Below the pieces are notes generated by a model. That model ran no database searches. It worked only from the letters and a program-made list of their open reading frames with translations, and was not told where the DNA came from. The position numbers and the translations under genes were made by a program. Shown here in pieces: positions 56,201-64,000 of a stretch of DNA of 64,000 bases (within the stretch, counting starts at the first letter, position 1; the number at the start of each line of letters is the position of its first letter). The stretch comes from Carpediemonas membranifera BICM (Eukaryota; Protista; Fornicata): contig JAHDYR010000006.1 of NCBI GenBank assembly GCA_019828565.1, forward strand, positions 248,001 through 312,000. The letters are read 5' to 3'.

Positions 56201-57892
56201 CACTGCTCGCCCCTCCGCCCCCCGCTTGCCATCCTGCTGCTGTCCTCCGTCCCTGCTGGCGCCTCTCTGACTCAGAATCGACTCAGACAATATGCGGTCA
56301 GATCTCTGGCTGTCAGTTTCGGCATGGAGGTCTTCTTCCAGGACCAAGAGTTCAGGCCGTACCAGCATGATCCCAAGGCCCACCCCGCACTGGTTGCCAG
56401 AGGTGTGCCGGGTGCAGCAGACCGCCTTCGTCAGTCTGCAACGTTTATCCCGCAGCTTGTCCAGCTCGTGAACACTGATCTAGACGGCCTTGTGGCTGCT
56501 CTTCTCGTCTCCATCGGCAAGCTATCTCCGCTCATGGCATCTCTCCTCATATCAGCCATCAGAGCCGAAGTGTCGCCTGAACTTTTCAAGAGCGCCTTCG
56601 ATAGAAAGGGGGCCACAGCCAAACCAGCGACCAAGAGCAAGTCCCACAGTGTTTTCAACAGGAACCTGTGCCGCGTTGTTGCTGAGATACTCGCCTCAAT
56701 GACCGATGAGGACAGCACCGCGTTCAACACACAGTTCTCGTTCGTATCTCAGATTATGGGGATCTCTGACCGCTTGGTCAAGACACGAGACACGAAGAAA
56801 ATATCTTCTGATGATCCGGCGATCGGAATTGAGCTTGACCGTCTCTTGAAGCAGACGACCATCTCCGGCGTGGAGACGCTCCCCTTCGACACGGCCGCCA
56901 CTGTGGTCGGGATCCTCCCCAATAGATCCGTCCCCCTCAAGTCCCACTCGCGTGTGCCGCTACTGGTCACCTTCCTCGCGATCACCCACCGCAAGGAGGG
57001 TTCGCTGACATCGGCAGAGGCGCACACCCTCCGCGAAGACGTACACGGCAGCGAGACTGTGCTCAAAGAGGCATATGCGGGCATGGACGCTGGGTCCCAC
57101 TGGCTGAAGCTGACGACGTGTATATTCAAAACGGGCGATGACGTTCGCCAGGACCAGCTCGCCCTGCAGCTGATCGCCCAGTTCAAGGGGCAGCTCACGG
57201 CCGCGGGGCTCGGTTTCCTGTTCCTGTACCCCTACCGCGCAGTCCCCATCGAGGCTGATGTCGGGTTGGTCGAGTGTGTCAAGGACGCCTCATCTCGGGA
57301 TCAGATTGGGTCGATGTTGGACGGGTCGGTGTACCACTACTATTTACGTGAATTCGGGCCAGCCATAAGTCCTGAGTTCAAGTCCCGTCAGCAGCAGTAT
57401 TGTTACTCGCTCGCGGCATACAGCGTGGTGTCGTATCTGCTTCAGATTAAGGACAGACACAACGGGAACATCATGCTCGACCGCCAAGGCCGCATCATCC
57501 ATATCGACTTTGGATTCATATTTGATATCTCGCCCGGAGGAGATATTAGATTCGAAGCTGCTCCGTTCAAGCTTACACGCGAGATGATCGACATGCTTGA
57601 CGGTCCGGACTCGCCTCTATTTATGGAATTCATGGAGCTGTGCGTGCTTGCCTTCCTTGCCCTCCGGCGGAACTACCTCGACCTTGTGGGTCTCGTCCGC
57701 CCGATGCTGAAGTCGAGCCTGCCCTGCTTCAAGGTCGACTCAGTCCGTAACCTGCTCGACCGGCTGGCCCTTGGGGCGACTGACCTTGAGGCAACACGGT
57801 TCATGCGGGACCGCATCCGGGAGAGTTTCGATTGTCTCAGTACTAATGTGTACGATCGCTTCCAGGCGTGGCAGAACAACATTAACTGGTGA
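53285..57892 (+). CDS. Phosphatidylinositol 4-kinase, type III alpha/Stt4-like
   Basis: PLKSHSRVP, IFKTGDDVRQDQLALQ, LQIKDRHNGNI, HIDFGFIF.ISPGG and FE.APFKLT motifs. Confidence 0.93.
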   Translation: MSAPGNDNDALLTIQRMSRELHSIEPHNNLSGALQKRHLELRDTIRRVGRICAAPDAVWQTTKTAVEIFANHMGTPHSTPFFDAEIARQLALIAATGPEETFASTLQVITTAYMEDPTSHLAGIIPDVLIVLATSVSSNRVWQALDGLLTLMLSAGKNIQRYVGRENVTLDWFGGLLPALATILAKADEVFNGHPDADVTIPGEILSPPGPKPPGTLAPRRPWAWDSHPETHRMLSAVWMLVVILSVTETLMWEAHLKTIARFTPVLFTRHSPLGLVDGELEVTALLKNGLDAGTVASLRARLSSEFEGIARQVKQLSTAQLVLLTTIYAVECHRVFSGIFVPVYHYLMIEESLRMAPASSMTEELSKSRRAPIWTFLEVIVDKIYSKWSNLFISSSDTCSNPANRTIVIEAAVELLRFHQATLPETARRVRTHLLLTLTGQPDTCVNSDVLEASLAAFPPDGPGSEGLLETIFQTAHRAHPVRLCGMLAVHRIRSLRQGLAPVSLHTIFGDIQLRSSLDVAIDAALELVSTGTMPLPRRVSNLAQLWTGHRHELTTPHVTAEPVGLATGVADSVILHAHAHGPVAAVYDGLLHLARGVGEIPGGALDQLFKRRDASELIGLEAAAAVIDAVAVIGSSQCVASTSRWIISLLEFHEEVGIGLFSGEADPHTDTEIPYDEPAHAEPVQEHRVDFAPATQRLWLQALHGLLLSAPDDVGAELVVFVTRVLGGDGLALSRVVWGPLIQLMLLALDLLDGTTDSLKDLVATRILQNTATLLALGDTPRGWDNRAHRDEAESLVTLAAAITAQLGATESSVRALATIIAIEAGSTLAWTGFVPNVTRVLGVEIPQTIPFRPGTRQRQMTTAGAFIQTLKRAIDTFEGHVLPPGFGADLIDLASFDCTLLVDLYHRIRPSLRQNGKLAGELAQYISDNLIRFCQVNRAFDIVIEARCQPPSFAFDLSSIPDDYYDALPHCSPLRPPLAILLLSSVPAGASLTQNRLRQYAVRSLAVSFGMEVFFQDQEFRPYQHDPKAHPALVARGVPGAADRLRQSATFIPQLVQLVNTDLDGLVAALLVSIGKLSPLMASLLISAIRAEVSPELFKSAFDRKGATAKPATKSKSHSVFNRNLCRVVAEILASMTDEDSTAFNTQFSFVSQIMGISDRLVKTRDTKKISSDDPAIGIELDRLLKQTTISGVETLPFDTAATVVGILPNRSVPLKSHSRVPLLVTFLAITHRKEGSLTSAEAHTLREDVHGSETVLKEAYAGMDAGSHWLKLTTCIFKTGDDVRQDQLALQLIAQFKGQLTAAGLGFLFLYPYRAVPIEADVGLVECVKDASSRDQIGSMLDGSVYHYYLREFGPAISPEFKSRQQQYCYSLAAYSVVSYLLQIKDRHNGNIMLDRQGRIIHIDFGFIFDISPGGDIRFEAAPFKLTREMIDMLDGPDSPLFMEFMELCVLAFLALRRNYLDLVGLVRPMLKSSLPCFKVDSVRNLLDRLALGATDLEATRFMRDRIRESFDCLSTNVYDRFQAWQNNINW

Positions 57893-58378
57893 AGCGTCTG
57901 TGTCTTGTGGTCGCTGCGACCGCTTTGATTATAAACTGATCGGATCAGTCCTGACCTTCCGTTCGCGTGTGAGAAAGCTGCAAGGCCTTGCCTTGCATGA
58001 AATCGGTAAGGACAAGAGAGGCGATTGCTCTGTATGCTCTGGTGCAGCCAAATGATCGATCAGGTGGGGTGACACAGTATAAACTACGCGGAGCCCCAGA
58101 TGTCCACCGGATTGGCGCGACACTGTTACCCTGGTCGCAACCCACTATGTCTGGCCCGCAGAGCAGTGAAGCGGATGCTCTAAGCCTTCGCTTGTTCGGG
58201 ATCGTGATAGGCAATCTCGAACAGTCATCTTGACCCGAAATATACAATACAAATTTTGCACGCGCCATGTCATCAGTGGTATCCGAGGTAGCCCAGGACC
58301 AAGATGGGCCAGCTCGGCCTCTTGCACGCTTCGAGCTTTTTTTCTTGCAAAAATTTCAAAGACGACAATTCAACTGCG

Positions 58379-59020
58379 ATGTCAAGCGGAGCGAAGAGAT
58401 GGGACAATTATAACTGGCCCCCGCTTCTCAAATTGGTACATATTGATCACACAGAGCTTTCTGATAGCACTGCACTGACCGGAAAGCTCCTCGCCGGCCT
58501 GGCATATGCCGTTTTCGCGCCACTCATCATGAACGTCCTGTTCTGCTTCATCCTCATATTCCCCTACCTAATTGATCTCCAAATTGTGGTCCAGCTCGCC
58601 GGCTTCGCCTGCTCTCTTCTGGCGCTATGCATGATTCCTGTTTGGGGGTTTGCCAACTACTACTTCGGCTTCCGGGCACTCTCCGCTAAGAGCATGAAGT
58701 ATTGCATTTACTACATCCTTTCCCAAGGCGCGCTGACCATTTACTACGCTTGGATGGCTTTTGGCTTCTTCTTTAACTCCAACGGCCTCCTCCGCTTCTT
58801 CACGATCCTCGCGTCAGTGTGGCTCGGCTATAGTGGGTCCATGCTTTCCATCGTATGGGCACTGATCACAGCCGTGCTTTGGCTCCTGATCGTTGTCGTG
58901 GAGACCATTGTGTGGACGGTTTTCATCGGCGTCTCCATCTTTGTCATGATCCGTGTGTTCCAGGGTTCATACTTCGGCAGGGCGGCCAGGATTGCCGGTG
59001 TGGCGTCCAAGTTCGCGTAA
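58379..59020 (+). CDS. SCAMP-like four-TM membrane protein
   Basis: NWPP motif followed by about four hydrophobic helices. Confidence 0.65.
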   Translation: MSSGAKRWDNYNWPPLLKLVHIDHTELSDSTALTGKLLAGLAYAVFAPLIMNVLFCFILIFPYLIDLQIVVQLAGFACSLLALCMIPVWGFANYYFGFRALSAKSMKYCIYYILSQGALTIYYAWMAFGFFFNSNGLLRFFTILASVWLGYSGSMLSIVWALITAVLWLLIVVVETIVWTVFIGVSIFVMIRVFQGSYFGRAARIAGVASKFA

Positions 59021-59243
59021 GAGTTGCCTATAGATAAAGAATATACAGTCTGCGATGACGGGAGCGTGGCTTTGCGGAGCCAACCAATTTGTCACGGCAT
59101 GCCTGACTCACCGCCCACAAGCGACCAACCATACGGCCACAGACTACTATACATCAGCCAGAGGTGGCACCACTCACATCCGGGCACTGCGGAGGCCGAA
59201 CTTGGCGACAGTCGCACAAGCGTCATACGACTTAACGAAGACC

Positions 59244-59709
59244 ATGTCAGAGATAGAGGCCATTAAGCTGTGCGTACCGCCGTTTAGTTTCTTATAATAG
59301 CCACAAGCTCGAGATGGAGCCCAGCAGCTGCCCCATTAGCTCCCCATGCGAGATCAAGATGTCGTACGACCTGATCAACAGCGTTAGGAACGCCCACTGG
59401 CATGTACATTACACTGTAGACTACGCTGCCAAGCGCCAGATTATCAGTTTGCCTCTTCCCATCCTGTCTCACACAGACCTTCTCGAAACCACTCCCGAGG
59501 CCGAAATCCCCGCCGGCACACACGAGACGACGCTGCAGATCCCCGAGATACCCGTAGATGGTATCAAGCCCCGGTTACTGCTCAATGTCGGACTCCTGGT
59601 CGTCTCTTTGATGGTCGAGGGCGAGTCCGTCGTTGACCTGACATTCGTGACCCAGGTCCGCAAGGACGGCGATGGGTTCGTCCGGACATGCTTTAACCCC
59701 CTGGAGTAA
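59244..59709 (+). CDS. ASF1-like beta-sandwich protein; introns at 59270-59300 (31 nt) and probably 59447-59476 (30 nt, in frame)
   Basis: The exon MSEIEAIKL splices in frame to ORF 59314. The W.V.Y..D and LLNVGLL pattern resembles the ASF1 fold; the family call is tentative. Confidence 0.55.
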
Positions 59710-59889
59710 AGAAGAGTCTTTACGAATTTGTCGGGCTGCAGTCTTTGATGGTTGGCCTCTGGCCAGAGCTAGCCTGACGTCTGACGAGAGCCTCGCGTAC
59801 TTGTGGCGCATACAAGGGCCTCGCGCCGGGACTTCATCTCACGCCAGGAAGGGCGACTCGAGAGCAGTCGACAATAGGAAGGGAGAGCA

Positions 59890-61020
59890 ATGACGTCGGG
59901 CGGTATCAAGGCTCAGCTAGCCGCTGTTCTCAGCATATTGATGCAAAACAAGGACCGCACTATCGATGAATTGACCAGCATCCTCATGGATGGCGCGATT
60001 GGCATCCCTGCAGCCATATCAAAGACTCTAAGCCAGATCATGGCCTACAACCTCGTCGGTGGCAAGTTCTGGCGTGGTGCTTTCGCCTTCATCGCCACTG
60101 CTGAGGCCGCGGGTGTCGATCTCACCTCCACCACTCTCACTCCCGCCGAAGAAGCGCTCAGACACCACGCCGTCCTCCTCGCGTGGGCCCTCGAGGCTCT
60201 CCAAGCAGCCTTCCTCGTAGCAGACGACATTATGGACAACTCTGACCTTCGCCGCGGCAAGCCCAGCTGGTTCAAGGTCCCCGGGGTCGGGCTCCGTGCC
60301 ATCAACGACGGGTTCCTGCTCGAGTCTACCTGCCTGGCTACAGTTGCCATGATCGAGGAGGAGATCGAGATGGGCGGCGACCTGACTCGTTTGATCCAGA
60401 AAGTCATCAGATACACCGAGATTGGGCAAATGGTCGATATTGAGTCGGATTTGGACGGCGAATCTTCGATATTTGACTCTCTCGAGTCTGCCATGAAGTT
60501 CCGCGCTGTCTACGAGTCCATACATCAGCACAAAACGGCCTACTACACAGTCCACCTGCCCATCGCCGCGGGCCTGATGCTCGGCACCCACTACACCACC
60601 CATATGTCACTTGAGCGTGGGTTCGAGTCCCAGCTGACCAGGGCGACCCTGCCGATCGGCAGATATTTCCAGATCCAGGACGATTTCCTGGATATGTTTG
60701 GATCGATCGAGAAGCTCGGCAAGCCCGGCATGGATCTGGCTGAAGGCAAGTGCGGGTGGACCCTGGTTGAGGGGGTGATCAAAGCCCATGAGCTGGGCGA
60801 CTCGGACGGACTGAAACAGATCCAGGCCAACCTCGGCCGGCCCGACGCCGACTCCGCCTCTGTCCGGGCTGTCTACACCAGACTGGGCCTTCCCCAGCTG
60901 TACACGGAGACTTCTAGCCGGCTAGAGACAGTGATCGCTCAAGCTGTGAGCACCCAGACCCCTGTGGCCCGGTCCTTGTGTGGACAGATGATGGCGGCCC
61001 TGGTAGGGCGCCAGAAGTAG
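59890..61020 (+). CDS. FDPS: Farnesyl diphosphate synthase (trans-prenyltransferase)
   Basis: QAAFLVADDIMD.S..RRGKP.W, GQ..D, KTAYY and FQIQDDFLD motifs. Confidence 0.93.
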   Translation: MTSGGIKAQLAAVLSILMQNKDRTIDELTSILMDGAIGIPAAISKTLSQIMAYNLVGGKFWRGAFAFIATAEAAGVDLTSTTLTPAEEALRHHAVLLAWALEALQAAFLVADDIMDNSDLRRGKPSWFKVPGVGLRAINDGFLLESTCLATVAMIEEEIEMGGDLTRLIQKVIRYTEIGQMVDIESDLDGESSIFDSLESAMKFRAVYESIHQHKTAYYTVHLPIAAGLMLGTHYTTHMSLERGFESQLTRATLPIGRYFQIQDDFLDMFGSIEKLGKPGMDLAEGKCGWTLVEGVIKAHELGDSDGLKQIQANLGRPDADSASVRAVYTRLGLPQLYTETSSRLETVIAQAVSTQTPVARSLCGQMMAALVGRQK

Positions 61021-61872
61021 TGTAGCGGGGTATGAATAGTGGTAAAGCAGGTCATGTTTCTGTCTTTGTTGCCTGGTCTCCTGTCATGACTTGTGGCGTC
61101 CCTGCTTCTCTCCGCTGGGGCAGAGGCCAGTGGAAGGATTGCTGGGTCTCAAAGGGTCGGCCGATCATATACGGTTGACTTAGCGGTATTTGAACGGTTC
61201 AGAGCGCCAGGCAGACTCATTAATGACTGCCTCATGTAACATGTATTCTGCGACCCTCATCGGCATTGACGACGAGCGCCAGCGCTGCCGCGACAGCGCA
61301 GATAACTCATGATTATTTATATCCTGCGGGTAGCGTAATTATGGACCAACGTACGTAACTACACTGCGGTGAGGGTCTGGTTCGTAGCACAATTCATTTT
61401 GACAGTTCCATTTATGAGCCAACTCACGTAGCACATAATAAAAGGTCGAGGCCTACCTCTACGCGTCAGCAGCCAGATTTTACATCCCTGCCCGCAAGAT
61501 CGCCCTTACCATGGCTGATGCCCTCATGTCCGCTACCCTGTTGGTGTATGACAAGAGGTGCGCCAAGCTGGGACTGTTCAACCCGCTGGAGCTCCTTCCG
61601 GCAGGGCTGTCGGCATAAGCCAGCAATTTACGTGAGATAAATGGAAAATCACAGGAAATGACGCAGTCAAATCGGATGATTGAGTCAGGATCGACTCAGC
61701 GGCGCTACACAAGCTCGCTCCGTTTCCCTTGTCTTTATTGGGAGGGCGTCCACGCCCCAACCGAGCCGGCGGGCGGCGGACGCAGTCCCGATGAGATCCT
61801 CTCCCTAAGACAGTAAAAGGCGCGAGTCATCCGAGTCAATCATAATCTGCACCACAAGAAACCACGAACTCA

Positions 61873-62373
61873 ATGCCTGAGCCTCCTCGGAAGCCAAGCT
61901 TATCAATCTTACAGAGACAATCTTCATTGAAGTCATCGATGTCGCAGGCTACGCTGGGAAAGCGCCAGCCGTCTCTGACACGCATGAAGACCAATATCAT
62001 CGGCCAGGCGTTCCATTCTCCAGGCGCATCCGCTTCAATCGCCCGTAGACAGCGTATCAGCAGTCTTGTGAAGAACGGAGAGCTCCAAACCGCCGAGTTC
62101 GAGGCTGTCTACAGCGAGCTGTCCAAGCAGCTCGAGGCCATGGTGGACGAGCGCCGGGCCCAGCTGGACTCTCTCACACACGACGTAGAAGTCGCATGCA
62201 AGGACTTGCTGCAGTCCAGGGAGCAGAACGACGCCTTGAACACCCAGCTGACCGAGCTCGACGCCAAGCTGGGCGAGGAGAGGGCCCGGTGGAAGCAGAT
62301 CGCCATGGGCGCCATGCTAGGCAGCGAGATAGAGAATGACGAGACCGCTAGCCTTTATTCTATCCGATCCTGA
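61873..62373 (+). CDS. Small coiled-coil protein
   Basis: 166-aa ORF with a heptad C-terminal half. Confidence 0.7.
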   Translation: MPEPPRKPSLSILQRQSSLKSSMSQATLGKRQPSLTRMKTNIIGQAFHSPGASASIARRQRISSLVKNGELQTAEFEAVYSELSKQLEAMVDERRAQLDSLTHDVEVACKDLLQSREQNDALNTQLTELDAKLGEERARWKQIAMGAMLGSEIENDETASLYSIRS

Positions 62374-62493
62374 CGGGGTGAGTAATTGCCCAGATTGTAG
62401 AACTGAGGTCAGCTCATGATCGCCGGAAACGGCGTTGTATCGCATAATATGTATTCATAAATCGTCTTGTCTCACTAATAATTCCATTTTAAC

Positions 62494-63498
62494 TTACTCC
62501 TTGCTCTCCTTCTCGAGCTTGTTGAGGTACCGCGACCCGTCCTTCGACCGGAGCCAGAAGATCTCGAGCAGCCGGATGATCACGGGATGCCGCAGCCACA
62601 TGACCTTGCTGAGGTATGGTGTGAGCATGTACGCCACGCTGATGCAGTGGATGAAGAGGACGGGAACCCACACCATGCGGAGGGCCGTGAAGAAGAGGCC
62701 GCCGATCGTACCACCGACGAACCAGGCCATGAGCATGCGGCGGGGCACCCAAGCGAAGAAGGCGCGGGACAGGTGGGGGTAAACGACCCAGGAAACCTGA
62801 AGATACGAGGAGAGCGTCGCCAGTGCGATGATCAGGATGTCGCCGACAAAGCCAAATCGGGACAGGATGATCGATCCAGAGCCCATGACAATCGCAGCGG
62901 CAGGGGAGGGCATGCCGTCAAAGCGAAGGGCGCCGCCCGTCTGGCCCGCACGGTGCTTCTCGACGATGAAGCGGATGAGGCGGTAGAAGGTGCAGACTCC
63001 GTGCATTGTGCCCCCTATGAGGCCCATGATGCGGTTGTTCGTCGCCACGAAGATGAGAACGCCGATAGTGAATCCAAAACTCGTACCGTCGGCGACGTCG
63101 TCGAAGTACTCACCCTTGGGGGTTGACCCCCACTGCTCGGCGGCACGGCCGTCGAAGAGGTCAAAGAATTGACCGATAAAGATGAGGAGGAATACGGCCT
63201 CCTTCTGGAAGAGGAGCTCGCCGGGCTCGTACGCTGTCATGATGTAGACGCCAGCGAGACCGCACGACATGTTCATGATCGATAGACAGTTGGCATACCA
63301 ACAGTTAGGAATCAAAAATGAGAAAATTAGCGCGGAAAGGATCGTGCCGACGAAAATGATGGTGAACCGAATAATACGGTCGTCAGGAATGTTGTTTTTG
63401 CCGATATAAAAGAGCGAGATGAAGAGGCTTCCAATCATAATCAATCCAGCAATGGCTCTTACACCATCCTGTCTTGTAGCCGTTCGTTTGGGCGCCAT
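62494..63498 (-). CDS. CDP-alcohol phosphatidyltransferase (PssA-like)
   Basis: DLFDGRAAEQWGSTPKGEYFDDVAD signature, RLIRF and F.GMPSPAAA motifs; the start is taken at MAPKRT. Confidence 0.9.
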   Translation of the reverse strand: MAPKRTATRQDGVRAIAGLIMIGSLFISLFYIGKNNIPDDRIIRFTIIFVGTILSALIFSFLIPNCWYANCLSIMNMSCGLAGVYIMTAYEPGELLFQKEAVFLLIFIGQFFDLFDGRAAEQWGSTPKGEYFDDVADGTSFGFTIGVLIFVATNNRIMGLIGGTMHGVCTFYRLIRFIVEKHRAGQTGGALRFDGMPSPAAAIVMGSGSIILSRFGFVGDILIIALATLSSYLQVSWVVYPHLSRAFFAWVPRRMLMAWFVGGTIGGLFFTALRMVWVPVLFIHCISVAYMLTPYLSKVMWLRHPVIIRLLEIFWLRSKDGSRYLNKLEKESKE

Positions 63499-63694
63499 CA
63501 CCTTCGGATGCTCCCTTAAACTGCGGGTCCTAAGGCTCAACCGAATTGGCCGCCTGAAGCAGAGATGAGCGTTGTACCACATGATACATACCCGCTGGAC
63601 GTCATCTCATCATTTCTAGATTCATTTATGTGTTACATTGCTGGCATGTTTTCCTCAGGCACAACATCATCATTGCTTCTTCTCAACAGCAGCC

Positions 63695-64000
63695 ATGCAG
63701 AAGTCCTTGATCCTTGTTGTTCTTGTTTCACTTCTCGTTTCGTGCGTCGTTGCTGACGATACGCTGGAGTTGGCTCTTGTTCTCTTCCGCCACGGCGATA
63801 GAACGCCTCTCCATTACCTTCCGGATCCCTACAACATCTTCAGCAAGGCTCCTAGGCAAACCGGTCAGCTTACTACCATTGGCCAGAAGCAGCACTTCGA
63901 CCTCGGCACGAAGCTCCGCTACAAGTTCGTCGACCAGCACAGCCTGCTCAGCAGCAGCTTCAACAACTCTCAGATCCTCGTCCGTAGCACCGGCACCGAT
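63695..64000 (+). CDS. Secreted or lysosomal histidine acid phosphatase (5' part; runs off the window)
   Basis: Manual translation: MQKSLILVVLVSLLVSCVVA signal peptide, then FRHGDRTP, GQLTTIG..QH..LG and VRST. Confidence 0.92.
   Translation, partial: MQKSLILVVLVSLLVSCVVADDTLELALVLFRHGDRTPLHYLPDPYNIFSKAPRQTGQLTTIGQKQHFDLGTKLRYKFVDQHSLLSSSFNNSQILVRSTGTD

Noticed and set aside
61811-61823. GCCTTTTAC on the minus strand, matching U5 snRNA loop I
   Set aside because: The flanks do not form the closing stem, and no Sm site was seen.
1-64000. tRNA and rRNA genes
   Set aside because: No cloverleaf or conserved rRNA motif was recognised by eye; absence is not proven.

Overview
Gene-dense eukaryotic DNA with short intergenic gaps, GC-rich coding regions and very short (28-41 nt) GT-AG introns. 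This suggests a compact protist genome, possibly a Carpediemonas-like fornicate; the taxon is inference only. Housekeeping genes include NOG2, an SLC12 cotransporter, GLTP, PDE6D, a sedoheptulokinase-like kinase, RPL7A, an NF-YC-like histone-fold protein, Prp28/DDX23, MCM7, a PI4-kinase, a SCAMP-like protein, FPP synthase, a CDP-alcohol phosphatidyltransferase and a histidine acid phosphatase. The first 8 kb hold a giant ankyrin gene built from twenty near-identical 399-bp A/B modules. The main finding is a 2192-bp non-autonomous mobile element (51055-53246) with TGT...ACA ends, a 5-bp TTCGA target-site duplication and 25-bp direct repeats at or near its ends. It encodes a Fanzor/TnpB-like protein with RuvC-II E, a Zn finger and RuvC-III D, but no recognisable RuvC-I D. 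An 80-nt G-U-rich hairpin runs from the stop codon exactly to the element end and is an omegaRNA candidate. The element also carries a captured Vps4 3' fragment. About 13 kb away lie a 43-bp solo end unit with its own GTCGA duplication and a second copy of the 513-bp cargo/end segment.
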